From: Chloroflexota bacterium
GTDB lineage: Bacteria; Chloroflexota; Anaerolineae; Aggregatilineales; UBA3940
NCBI GenBank assembly: GCA_010092885.1
Contig: JAADYX010000080.1
Span: 12,111 to 76,110, forward strand
DNA: 64,000 nt
Direction of reading: 5' to 3'
Notes under the pieces: generated by a model
The model's database searches: none
What the model saw: only the letters and a program-made list of their open reading frames with translations
Told to the model about the DNA's origin: nothing
In this document: piece by piece, positions 28,409 through 37,416 of the stretch
Layout: each line of letters starts with the position of its first letter
Position numbering within the stretch: the first letter of the stretch is position 1
Translations under genes and position numbers: made by a program

Positions 28409-29628
28409 CAGATTATCTCTTCATACAGGGCGACCGTTGCGGTCGCGTTGCGTTCGGCATCGAACAGGTTCAGAGCACGTTGGTAGGCGGCTTCACCCAT
28501 GCGGCGGGCAGTCGTCGGATTACACAGAATCTCCACAATCGCGGCAGCAAGCCTTTGCGGGTCACCCGGTGGTACCAACAGGCCAGTCTTTCCATCGACA
28601 ATCAGTTCACGCGGGCCACCGAGATCAGAGGCGACAGCGGGCACACCCATCGCTGCGGCTTCGATCACCGGGCGGGCAAAGTGCGGCACACTCGATGGGA
28701 AAACCACACAGCTGCTGGCTGCAATCACATCGGGCATATCCCGCCTGATTCCTGTGAAAATCAAAGCACGGCGGGCCTCTTCAGGCAGAGCATCAATCGC
28801 ACGCTGCACAGCCTTCTGATAGGCATCCACGCCCAAAAGCCGTTTAACCATGCCTTTGACCCCACCCTCATCAAGAGGGCGCGGCGGAGGCCCCGCAACA
28901 ATCACCCGGGCGTCAGGCACCTGGTCCACCAGAGCAGGCAGTGCCTTGATCAGAGTCAGTGTGCCCTTCGGTTCGGCAACACCACCGAGCATCGCCACGA
29001 TGGGTGTGTCGGGGTTCAACCCGACCTCTTCGCGGAACGTGCTGCCAGTCAACGAGCGGTCGAACATGTTAAAGTGCACAAAGTTATACACAATCCGCAG
29101 CCGCGGATCGCCACCGGGCATGATCTGATCGGCATCATTCTGGCAGATCGCCACAAGCCTGCAGGCCGTTTGTGCCGCTACCTTCCTGATCCACGCGCGG
29201 CGCAGTCCGACATAACCGGAGTGCAGCGGTTCGCGTATATGCCAGACAACCGGTCTACTTTCAAGTTTACTGGCAATTGCGGCGGATACCAGCGTTGATG
29301 AGTTGAGATGCACAATATCCGGTTCGAATTTCTTAACGATGCGGCGTAGATGATAGATACTGCGCGGGATGCCTACGAGTTTGCCGGGCAGCCGCCACAG
29401 ATCGCGCCCGCCATACCATTCGAGGGTCGTATGGCTGAAGTCTGTTGCGCGGCGCTCCACATGGGTTTCGATGCCTTCCGCCCGGTAGAGATCGACCACA
29501 GGCCCGTCCTTGAGCGTAACAACGACAGGCTCATAGCGGGAGCGGTCCAACTTCTGCAGCAGGTACAGCAGGCTCAACGGGGCCCCGCCGATTCCTCCTG
29601 CATGGTGAATATAAAGAATACGCTTCAT
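28408..29628 (-). CDS. Glycosyltransferase family 4 (GT-B)
   Basis: N-terminal HHAGGIGGA. C-terminal E-x7-E region PSSVPHFARPVIEAAAMGVPAVASDLGGPRELIVDGKTGLLV. The stop overlaps the next start by 1 nt (TGATG). Confidence 0.9.
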   Translation of the reverse strand: MKRILYIHHAGGIGGAPLSLLYLLQKLDRSRYEPVVVTLKDGPVVDLYRAEGIETHVERRATDFSHTTLEWYGGRDLWRLPGKLVGIPRSIYHLRRIVKKFEPDIVHLNSSTLVSAAIASKLESRPVVWHIREPLHSGYVGLRRAWIRKVAAQTACRLVAICQNDADQIMPGGDPRLRIVYNFVHFNMFDRSLTGSTFREEVGLNPDTPIVAMLGGVAEPKGTLTLIKALPALVDQVPDARVIVAGPPPRPLDEGGVKGMVKRLLGVDAYQKAVQRAIDALPEEARRALIFTGIRRDMPDVIAASSCVVFPSSVPHFARPVIEAAAMGVPAVASDLGGPRELIVDGKTGLLVPPGDPQRLAAAIVEILCNPTTARRMGEAAYQRALNLFDAERNATATVALYEEII

Positions 29629-29647
29629 CTGACGTATTGTAACAGAA

Positions 29648-29672
29648 ACGGGCAGCGCGTGTGGCTGCCCGT
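29648..29672 (-). terminator. Intrinsic terminator downstream of htrA
   Basis: Perfect 9-bp stem ACGGGCAGC / GCTGCCCGT. On the minus strand it is followed by TTTCTGTT. Confidence 0.6.
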
Positions 29673-29692
29673 GGAATAGGTGTCACGAACGG

Positions 29693-30889
29693 TCAGGGTC
29701 GCTCTGCCAGAACCAGCGGTATCGTGAGTGTCTCGCCATCGCGGATGATCGTCACATCGATTTCCTCCCCGACGCTGGTATTGGCGACCAGAAAGCCAAC
29801 CAGCTCATCGAAGTTGGTGATGGGTACACCATCAATGGCGATGATGATATCACCGCCCAACGTGATGGGCGCACCGCGGAAAGCCTCGGTCTGCGAACCG
29901 CCGCGCAGACCCGCCCGGTCGGCTGGCCCACCGGGCTGCACATCGGTGATGAGCACGCCCTGCGAAACGGGAAGGTCAAACTCCAGCGCCAGATCGGCCA
30001 GAGTGATCTCCCCACCAAGTCCGGAAATACCCATGAAAGGATATTGGACCTCGCCCCTTTCAATTAGCTGGGGCGCGATGCGCTTCACGGCGTTGACAGG
30101 CACCGCGAACCCGATGCCACTATTGGTGCCCGTCTCACTCCGGATTGCTGTGTTCACCCCGATCACCTCACCCTGCGAATTGAGCAGGGGGCCACCGGAG
30201 TTGCCAGGGTTGATCGGTGCATCCGTCTGGATGATGAGCGGGTTGCTGAAACGCTGCACGCTCGGCAGGGTCCGCCCCACGGCACTGACAATGCCAACGG
30301 TCATACTGTTGGAGAGGGCAAACGGGTTACCAATTGCGATAGCGCGCTGGCCGACCAGAACCTCATTGCTGTCACCCAAAGACACGGGGACCAGTGTATA
30401 GCCCTCCGGTGGGTCGACCTTGATCACAGCCAGATCAGCAAATGGGTCTGTCCCGATGATATCAGCATTGAGCACCATGCCGTCATCAAATGTCACCCGG
30501 ATGGCCTGCGCGCCTTCCACCACATGGTTGTTCGTGACGATATACCCTTCCTCATCGTAGACAAAACCGGAGCCGTTGCCTATGTCAAGCAGGTCGGCCC
30601 CGCCTGCTTCTGCACTCACCACAATGCTCACCACTGACGGGCTGACACGCTCGTAGATATTGATCAACAGCAGTTCTTCGGCGTCTGCCTCGGCGATAAA
30701 CTCAGGCGGCAGCGGTGTGGGCGTCTCGTCAACGAAAACTGCCGGAATTAAGTCTATTGGCTCCTCACCTACTGTGTTAGTTGAGCCCTCTGTCGTTGGT
30801 GTGACCAGTGCGCCACATGCCAGAACAGAGGCGACAAGCGCCCCCAATGCCACACCAGTCAGTCCTCGCTTGCCCATGATTCTCTCCAT
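29693..30889 (-). CDS. HtrA/DegP-type S1C serine protease with PDZ domain
   Basis: TNNHVV (His), DLAVIK (Asp) and GNSGGPLLN (Ser), plus a C-terminal PDZ. N-terminal signal/anchor. Confidence 0.9.
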   Translation of the reverse strand: MERIMGKRGLTGVALGALVASVLACGALVTPTTEGSTNTVGEEPIDLIPAVFVDETPTPLPPEFIAEADAEELLLINIYERVSPSVVSIVVSAEAGGADLLDIGNGSGFVYDEEGYIVTNNHVVEGAQAIRVTFDDGMVLNADIIGTDPFADLAVIKVDPPEGYTLVPVSLGDSNEVLVGQRAIAIGNPFALSNSMTVGIVSAVGRTLPSVQRFSNPLIIQTDAPINPGNSGGPLLNSQGEVIGVNTAIRSETGTNSGIGFAVPVNAVKRIAPQLIERGEVQYPFMGISGLGGEITLADLALEFDLPVSQGVLITDVQPGGPADRAGLRGGSQTEAFRGAPITLGGDIIIAIDGVPITNFDELVGFLVANTSVGEEIDVTIIRDGETLTIPLVLAERP

Positions 30890-30891
30890 CA

Positions 30892-31869
30892 CTATTCTCT
30901 GTCACGTTCGCGCACAGGATATCCGCGTATGCTGGCCAGCTCACGGAACAGTGCGCGTTCTTTGGCACTCAGGTCAGTGGGGACCTCTGTGTGTACACGC
31001 ACATAGAGGTCGCCGAACCTATCCGGCTCACGGACATTTGGCATGCCGCGTCCCCGCAAACGGATCAACTGACCGGGCTGCGTGCCGGGCTGAATCTTCA
31101 AGCGAACCGTGTCACCGCTGATGAGTGCCAGCTCCACCTCACCACCGAGGATCAACGTGTACATATCGACCAGCACATCATAGTACAGGTCGTCGCCATC
31201 GCGCTCGTAGTCCGGGTCGTCGTGCACAACCACATTCAGGTACAGGTCACCGCGCTGACCACTACGGTTTACGGCTCCCTTGCCCGCAATCCGGACTTTC
31301 GTGCCGGTCCGCGAGCCCTGAGGGATCTTCACCTGAAGGCGTTGGCTGTCCAAAGTAACAATACGGGTTGTTCCGAAGTATGCTTCTTCAAGTGAGATCT
31401 CGACAGTGCCTTCTACGTCCTGAGCGGCAGCGCGCCGCCCGGCGAACATATCCTCAAAGCTGCCCAGTCCCGCTTCGCGCATCCGACCCCCACCGAATGG
31501 TGAGCCGCCGCCGAAAATCGTTTGGAAGAACTCACTGAAGCTGCCCGCATCCGTGTACTCAACACGATAGCCGCCTGCACCGGGTGAACCCGCCATCCAC
31601 TCAGACCAATCAAATCCGCCGGGTGCACCACCCTGCTGGGCCCATTGGTGATAGCGCCGTCCGAGGCGGTCATATTTGGCACGCTTTTCCGAGTCACTAA
31701 GGACCTGGTACGCCTCATTCAGCTCTTTGAACTTTGCTTCTGCGTCAGGGTTGTCCGGATTAAGGTCCGGGTGATATTCACGAGCCAACCGGCGGAATGC
31801 CTTCTTGATTTCAGCTTCATCGGCGCTGCGTGGCACGCCCAGGATTTCATAATAATCTTTGTAGTCCAT
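30892..31869 (-). CDS. DnaJ-class co-chaperone lacking the zinc-finger domain (CbpA-like)
   Basis: J domain DYYEILGV...YHPD. A G/F-rich linker and two DnaJ C-terminal beta domains. No CxxCxGxG repeats. Confidence 0.85.
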   Translation of the reverse strand: MDYKDYYEILGVPRSADEAEIKKAFRRLAREYHPDLNPDNPDAEAKFKELNEAYQVLSDSEKRAKYDRLGRRYHQWAQQGGAPGGFDWSEWMAGSPGAGGYRVEYTDAGSFSEFFQTIFGGGSPFGGGRMREAGLGSFEDMFAGRRAAAQDVEGTVEISLEEAYFGTTRIVTLDSQRLQVKIPQGSRTGTKVRIAGKGAVNRSGQRGDLYLNVVVHDDPDYERDGDDLYYDVLVDMYTLILGGEVELALISGDTVRLKIQPGTQPGQLIRLRGRGMPNVREPDRFGDLYVRVHTEVPTDLSAKERALFRELASIRGYPVRERDRE

Positions 31870-32005
31870 ACCACTTCCACCAGATATAATGCGCTGTTTC
31901 CTAAGGGTTGGAAACAGCCGTGCTTATGATATCAAACATGAGTGTAGTGTTCGGCTGGTCAGGCCGCCAGCGCATCCCGTTGATTTTATGCTTCACTAAT
32001 GCGAG

Positions 32006-32560
32006 TTACAGGGCTTCGAGCCAGGCGACGCCGGCCTGCGTGAACTTCTGTACGAAGCGGTTAAGTAGGTCGGTTAACTCACCGGGTGTCGTGTAGGACC
32101 ACAGCTGGTCTCGCCCGGAGTAATGCAGCATCTCACCGGGCAAACTGCTCACCCGGCTGTTAAGACGGCCCTCCCATGCAGGCTCAGGCATCATGGTGCT
32201 CGGGTCAGCCAACCGGAAGCGGTCCAGTATGATAACAAAGATGTGTTGCTCAGACTGCGGCAGGCGCAGCGCCCACTCATCGTGTTCAAAGTGAACCCGC
32301 GCGATGATATCCGGAGTGAGGTACTTGATGAAGCGTACGTTGGCCTTGTATACATCAGCCAGTTCGGCCATCATGACCTGCTTGTCGGGCGGCACAATAA
32401 TGTCACTGCTGCGCAGAGCGTACCCCAGTTCACCAAGGGGGGCTTCAACATGGGTGATCACAGGCTGGCTGAACGCGGCCTGCAGCGCGGCGATGTCCGC
32501 AGGGTCGTCAGCTTCAGGCGTGTGGGGTAGTTCCCACAGATAGCTGTTGATGCGTGGCAT
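32006..32560 (-). CDS. Hypothetical protein
   Basis: 184-aa ORF with coding-like composition. AGAGGA lies upstream of the ATG. No motif recognised. Confidence 0.55.
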   Translation of the reverse strand: MPRINSYLWELPHTPEADDPADIAALQAAFSQPVITHVEAPLGELGYALRSSDIIVPPDKQVMMAELADVYKANVRFIKYLTPDIIARVHFEHDEWALRLPQSEQHIFVIILDRFRLADPSTMMPEPAWEGRLNSRVSSLPGEMLHYSGRDQLWSYTTPGELTDLLNRFVQKFTQAGVAWLEAL

Positions 32561-32791
32561 GGATTGATCCTCTGATGACAGGCTCTCATCTGATGATACC
32601 AGCGTCTTCTCCTGACAAAAAGCTGAGCTCCCACAGATCGTTATGGATTTGTTACTCTGGTCATCTGATGGTCGTGCACCCTCACCCCGGACAGCTTGTA
32701 CGATGGGCTGCGGGCCCCACTCGGCTCGACAGGCGTCGCCGGCGGTCTGTGCGGAGTGGATGCGATCTGTTCATGCGATGACGCCTATGGC

Positions 32792-32825
32792 AAAAGGCCC
32801 CACTCCAAGCGGAATGGGGCCTTTT
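32792..32825 (-). terminator. Intrinsic terminator downstream of the 32846-33769 gene
   Basis: Perfect 11-bp stem AAAAGGCCCCA / TGGGGCCTTTT with a 12-nt loop. A U-run forms on either strand. Confidence 0.65.
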
Positions 32826-32845
32826 GAAAACCGGAAGCTGCTGCC

Positions 32846-33769
32846 TTACTCAGAGAACCAATCGAGCACATTGCTCAGGAAGAGCTCACGGCTGGCGTTG
32901 CTGAACCACTGCAGCGGCACAATGGTATAAACCACTTTGCTGTCACTCGTGGGTTGTGTAGCGACAACGGCAGGTGAGTCGCGGCGAGCGCTGTTTGGCC
33001 CACGCACAAATAGAACTGTCGTGCCTTCCTCCGGCTGCACGATATCCGGGCGGACACGGCCAAACACGTTGAGTTCCAGTGCATCGCTGGCGAAACCATC
33101 CGTTACCGGGTGGTCTGTCTCAACGACGATGTCGCCCATTGGACCCCAGTCCTGGCAGGTGGAGGCAACGGTCACACCGAAGTTGCCCTCGATAAAATCG
33201 TAGTCATTCAGGTTGCAGGTCAGCGCATAGGCGACTGAGCCGCCTTCAATGAGAAGGTTGCCACCCTGCTGGATGTACTCTTCCATGGAGTCGAAGGAGG
33301 CGCGCTCAGGTGCATCACAGCAGTCATCACCGACCGTCCAGATGACTGTTGTGTACTCGGCGAGGGTGGACTCAGCTGGGATGCCATCCCCCCCCGTGTT
33401 CCAGGTGTCGTAGCTTAGGCCCAGCGCATCCAGCGACTCGCCGATCTCGTCGCTGCTGGTAAAGCTCGCCTGGCCGGACAGCTTGTCCTCAATGACGATC
33501 AGGATGCTCTGCTCTTCAACAGGGACGTCAGTGGGCTCCACAGTGGCTGTGGGTTCAGCCGCTGGTTCGTCCGTTGGCTCTTCTGCCTCTTGCTCTTCTT
33601 CAGGGGCCTGCGTGGGCGGGTCGGTGGGCAGCGGGGCGATCTCGCCACCGTTGTCGTCACCACCGGTATCCGCGCCATCGGTGCCGCTCAGCGCGCCACA
33701 GGCCAATGTGGCACTAAGAAGTGCTGCCAAAACTATCCAGATAATGGAACGCTTGGCCAGATTATTCAT
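32846..33769 (-). CDS. Hypothetical lipoprotein with acidic Pro/Glu/Thr-rich linker
   Basis: Lipobox LSATLAC, then a low-complexity acidic linker and a globular C-terminal domain. Confidence 0.65.
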   Translation of the reverse strand: MNNLAKRSIIWIVLAALLSATLACGALSGTDGADTGGDDNGGEIAPLPTDPPTQAPEEEQEAEEPTDEPAAEPTATVEPTDVPVEEQSILIVIEDKLSGQASFTSSDEIGESLDALGLSYDTWNTGGDGIPAESTLAEYTTVIWTVGDDCCDAPERASFDSMEEYIQQGGNLLIEGGSVAYALTCNLNDYDFIEGNFGVTVASTCQDWGPMGDIVVETDHPVTDGFASDALELNVFGRVRPDIVQPEEGTTVLFVRGPNSARRDSPAVVATQPTSDSKVVYTIVPLQWFSNASRELFLSNVLDWFSE

Positions 33770-33888
33770 CAGGAGTGCTCCTCGGCATTCTACAGATTGT
33801 CGCGAGCATTATAGCATGACTGAACAGTGAGGGGCTATTCCGGCAGGGGTGAATTTGCAAGGTAGAATAGGAGGTAAGGAGGTGCACT

Positions 33889-34086
33889 ATGCAGAAATGG
33901 GAATACTGTGAACTGGTCAACCGTACGGTCACGCTGCTGGGCAAACGCGGCCTACGTCGGGAGTTCAAACTAACCGAACGTGGTGCCTGGGATGAGCTCG
34001 GTGATGAGGGATGGGAACTGGTGAGTGCCGTCCACGAGCCTGATGGTGAGGTGCACTACTATTTTAAGCGTCCGCAGTCCGAATAG
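33889..34086 (+). CDS. Small DUF4177-like protein
   Basis: MQKWEYCEL...GWELVSAV...YYFKRP resembles the DUF4177 pattern. A strong AAGGAGG lies upstream. It ends 2 nt before the next gene. Confidence 0.6.
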   Translation: MQKWEYCELVNRTVTLLGKRGLRREFKLTERGAWDELGDEGWELVSAVHEPDGEVHYYFKRPQSE

Positions 34087-34088
34087 GG

Positions 34089-36110
34089 ATGCGCATGCGC
34101 CTAGCACTCGCTGCCCTGGTCGCCATGCTGATAGCCGTGCCCGCTGCGGCACAGACGGGCCGTCCATCGTTGCTGGCCGAACAGACGTACGGCACGGAGC
34201 ATTTTCTGCTGCACTACACGCTCACTGGGCCTGACGCAGTTCCAACTGATGCGGATCGGGATAATGATGCCCCACCACCGTATGTGCAGCAGGTCGGCGA
34301 CCTGCTTGAAGAGGCATGGACCGTACAGGTCGAAGAATGGGGATGGGCTGTGCCCCCTGCTGATGGTGAGTTGGGCGGCGATGAGCGGCTGGATGTCTAT
34401 CTTGTGCAGCTGCTTTCCACAGGGATTGCGGGCTATGTCAGCCCGGAAGGGGGCATTGTCCGCGATAATCCCAACACGAGCGCGGTCGAGCTGGATGCCG
34501 CGTACAGCTACATGGTTCTGGACAATGATTACGCCGAACTGGCGGAACTGGATCCCGGTGCTGATCGCGATGAATTCCTGGCGGCAGTGGTCGCACATGA
34601 GTTCAACCACATGCTGCAAAGCGGGTATGATGCACGTGATCCGCTGGATTGGCTCTACGAAGCAACGGCTACGTGGGTTGAGCAGGAGATGACGGGGTCT
34701 GATCTGGCAGAGGGGTATCTCCCCTACCTGCTCAAAAACCCCGACTACTGTTTCCCGGCAAGCAGCGGACGGGGCGGTGATGGGCTTCGCTGGTATGGTT
34801 CGTGGCTGTTTATGGCGCATCTGGCGGAAACCTACGAACCGGAGCTCGTTCGCCTGATCTGGGAGGAGACGCGAACCCGCACAGCCTATGACGCGTTTGA
34901 TTTCGCGTTGGGCGCATACAACACGACCTTGGAAGAGGAAGCGGCAGCGTTTGCGGTAAACAATCTGCTGCGGGCTTATGAGGGGGGCAGCCGCTACCCA
35001 ACCGTTCGGCTGGAGGGCGAGTTCACGCTGGGCCGGTTCCGTCCGGCTGATGGTGTGCAGTCACTGGGTGCCGATATCGTCCGGCTGGTGGGTGACGAAC
35101 CCCTGATCTTCTCACTGTTTGAGACGACAGCCGATCTCTCGCTGGTTATTGTTGGCGTGAAGGAGGACGGTACGGCGGATGTCTTCACGGATGGGCCGTT
35201 TATCGCGGTCGATATCCCCGCGTACGCAGATGCCTACGCAGTCATCGTCAACAATCAGCGCGCCCTGGCCGGATGCCCCACTGCTGACTACCGTTTGAGT
35301 GGCCAGCGCTTTGGTGAGGAAACGTCGCTCACCCAGGTGGATGCATCGGTCGAGGCGGCTAACTTCGCTGAGCCGGTAGTCGGGGATACCGCTGGCGAAC
35401 CGCAGGGTGTGCTGCGTGTTGACAGACCATACATCAAGCCGGATACGATCCGGGTGGTGGAGCGCCCTGAGCAGATCACGGCCCAGTTCGACCCGCTCAT
35501 TCCGGATACCCCTGCGGGCTACACGATTGAGCTGGCAGCGACCCGTGCCGCCGAGACGTATGGCTCACTTGAACCGTTCTATGTGCCTGACGGCGGACAG
35601 ACTGTAATCTACGAGTACGCCAACCCGGATGGCGAATGGCTGCGGCTTACGCAAAGCCCAACCATCTATGGTGATGCCCGTGACTGGCTCGACGATATTG
35701 ACTACATCTCACCGGGGGAGACCATCATGATCGGTGAGATAGAGGTGCTGGTTGAGGATCTTTCCGATGAGGATGGCAGTTGGTATAGTGCCACACTCAT
35801 CGTGCCGGCCGATGGCAAGAACCTGTTTGTGGTGGTGGATGGCAGTGAGTCGCAGGCTGTGGTCGAGGCGATGGGCGAAGCGGTTATCGCTGCCGCAGCG
35901 GATGAGGGCGCTGTGGTGATACCCACACCGCCCTATCCCGGTTACATCACCGAGCCTGTTTCGCCCGAGGAGCGAACCCGGTTGATCGGCATAAGCCGCA
36001 CTGCACTGCTTACCGTATGCATTGTAGGTATCGGGTTGAGTGCGCTGGCAGTTGCCGTCACAGTGGTGCTCGCGAACCGGGCCATCCCGACTACCGAACG
36101 ACCGCAATAG
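34089..36110 (+). CDS. Secreted, C-terminally membrane-anchored HExxH metalloprotease-like protein (gluzincin-like)
   Basis: Signal peptide MRMRLALAALVAMLIAVPAAAQ. HEFNH followed by WLYEATATW, giving HExxH plus a downstream Glu. C-terminal TM LLTVCIVGIGLSALAVAVTVVL. Confidence 0.7.
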   Translation: MRMRLALAALVAMLIAVPAAAQTGRPSLLAEQTYGTEHFLLHYTLTGPDAVPTDADRDNDAPPPYVQQVGDLLEEAWTVQVEEWGWAVPPADGELGGDERLDVYLVQLLSTGIAGYVSPEGGIVRDNPNTSAVELDAAYSYMVLDNDYAELAELDPGADRDEFLAAVVAHEFNHMLQSGYDARDPLDWLYEATATWVEQEMTGSDLAEGYLPYLLKNPDYCFPASSGRGGDGLRWYGSWLFMAHLAETYEPELVRLIWEETRTRTAYDAFDFALGAYNTTLEEEAAAFAVNNLLRAYEGGSRYPTVRLEGEFTLGRFRPADGVQSLGADIVRLVGDEPLIFSLFETTADLSLVIVGVKEDGTADVFTDGPFIAVDIPAYADAYAVIVNNQRALAGCPTADYRLSGQRFGEETSLTQVDASVEAANFAEPVVGDTAGEPQGVLRVDRPYIKPDTIRVVERPEQITAQFDPLIPDTPAGYTIELAATRAAETYGSLEPFYVPDGGQTVIYEYANPDGEWLRLTQSPTIYGDARDWLDDIDYISPGETIMIGEIEVLVEDLSDEDGSWYSATLIVPADGKNLFVVVDGSESQAVVEAMGEAVIAAAADEGAVVIPTPPYPGYITEPVSPEERTRLIGISRTALLTVCIVGIGLSALAVAVTVVLANRAIPTTERPQ

Positions 36111-36720
36111 TCAGGCCGTCACCGAAGGGAAGTATCATGCCGGTCAGTCGCTCGTCACGAGCGACTGTCTGGTTGAAGGCACGCATATTGCGCACACCGG
36201 GCTCATCTTGAGCGTCCGGATCGATCACCCGGCCGCGCATGAAAGCGTTATGTGCTGTGATCAATCCGCCTGGGCGAACATGGTCCATTGCCCAGGCGAG
36301 ATAGGCCGGATAGGAGTCCTTGTCGGCATCGATGAATACAGCATCCACCGTCTCATCAATGCTGCGCAGATGGTCAAGCGCAGGCCCTACGTGAATATCC
36401 ACCTTTTCAGCGAGACCGCCTTCCTCAAAGAGTTGGCGAGCAACCTGGGCATGATGTTCGTCAGCTTCAAACGTAATCAGCTTACCGTCGTCAGGCAAGG
36501 CCCGTGCGATCCAGGTACCGCTGTACCCGGCCAGTGTGCCGATTTCCACCACTCGTCTGGCACCGACAGCGGCCATCAGCACCTGCAGCATGCGGCCTTC
36601 TTCCGGACGTACTCCAATGGTTGGCAGCCCTTCCTCTTCCGTGCGCTGCCGGATGCGAGTCAGGTGGTCGTCTTCCACTGCAAACAGGTTTCTGACGTAG
36701 TCAAGTAGTGCTTCATCCAT
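36091..36720 (-). CDS. Class I SAM-dependent O-methyltransferase (caffeoyl-CoA OMT-like)
   Basis: SAM motif VVEIGTLAGYSGTWIA, and FIDADKDSY, typical of the cation-dependent OMT family. Confidence 0.85.
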   Translation of the reverse strand: MDEALLDYVRNLFAVEDDHLTRIRQRTEEEGLPTIGVRPEEGRMLQVLMAAVGARRVVEIGTLAGYSGTWIARALPDDGKLITFEADEHHAQVARQLFEEGGLAEKVDIHVGPALDHLRSIDETVDAVFIDADKDSYPAYLAWAMDHVRPGGLITAHNAFMRGRVIDPDAQDEPGVRNMRAFNQTVARDERLTGMILPFGDGLTIAVVR

Positions 36721-36735
36721 TGTGTGAGTGTCCTC

Positions 36736-37371
36736 TCAGGTAGGTGTGTTCATAACGGTGCGCAGTCGCCCCTCAAACTCGCTGAGCATGATGGCCGTTG
36801 CGCCCCAGATAACATGTTCGCCATAGCGATAAAAGGGTACATCCAGATCGTAACCGTGCAGATTCCACTGCTCCCGGTCCTTAATGGTGTCATCAAGCAG
36901 AAGTCGCACGGGCATCTCGATGACATAGGCCACCTCCACGGGATCGATGTTAAAGGCGGGCCGGTCGGCTGTGTACGCGACATAAGGGGTCACTTCAAAG
37001 TCGCTGACGTTCACATAGAGCGGTGTCAGGCTGCCGAGCACATCCAACACCGTACAGATGCCGATTTCCTCACACGCCTCGCGCAGAGCCGTTTCCTGCG
37101 TGGTATCATCTTGGGGCTCATGACGCCCCCCCGGCAGGGAGATCTGCCCACTGTGGGACGAGAGTGTATCTGTGCGGCGGGTGAGCACAAAGGTCAGCTC
37201 ACCGGCGTGGTGGTAAAGGAGCACCAGCACACCCGCCTGCCGGGCATTTCCCGGTTTTTCGATAGGCCGCCGCATACGCCGTGATTGGGGAATCATGCGC
37301 GCCCAGGCGGAATGGACATCAAAGTCAGGGAGGGTGAGGGCTTGACGGACAGCAGTAAGCGATACATCCAT
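36736..37371 (-). CDS. Nudix hydrolase, CoA pyrophosphatase type
   Basis: VLTRRTDTLSSHSGQISLPGG matches the CoA-type LLTxR..x..G.xxFPGG motif, followed by the Nudix box GGRHEPQDDTTQETALREACEEIG. Confidence 0.85.
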   Translation of the reverse strand: MDVSLTAVRQALTLPDFDVHSAWARMIPQSRRMRRPIEKPGNARQAGVLVLLYHHAGELTFVLTRRTDTLSSHSGQISLPGGRHEPQDDTTQETALREACEEIGICTVLDVLGSLTPLYVNVSDFEVTPYVAYTADRPAFNIDPVEVAYVIEMPVRLLLDDTIKDREQWNLHGYDLDVPFYRYGEHVIWGATAIMLSEFEGRLRTVMNTPT

Positions 37372-37416
37372 AGAAAGCTCCCGATAACGAGTCGGATTGG
37401 TCTGATTGTAACGCAG

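Noticed and set aside
28312-29298. 328-aa plus-strand ORF
   Set aside because: It is antisense to the GT4 and heparinase genes, which carry clear family motifs. The product is Arg/His/Gln-rich with no motifs, a typical shadow ORF of GC-rich coding DNA.
32554-32930. Plus-strand ORFs of 75 and 95 aa in the 285-bp spacer
   Set aside because: Their composition is Arg/Ser/His-rich and not protein-like. One runs through the terminator hairpin and into the neighbouring gene on the other strand.
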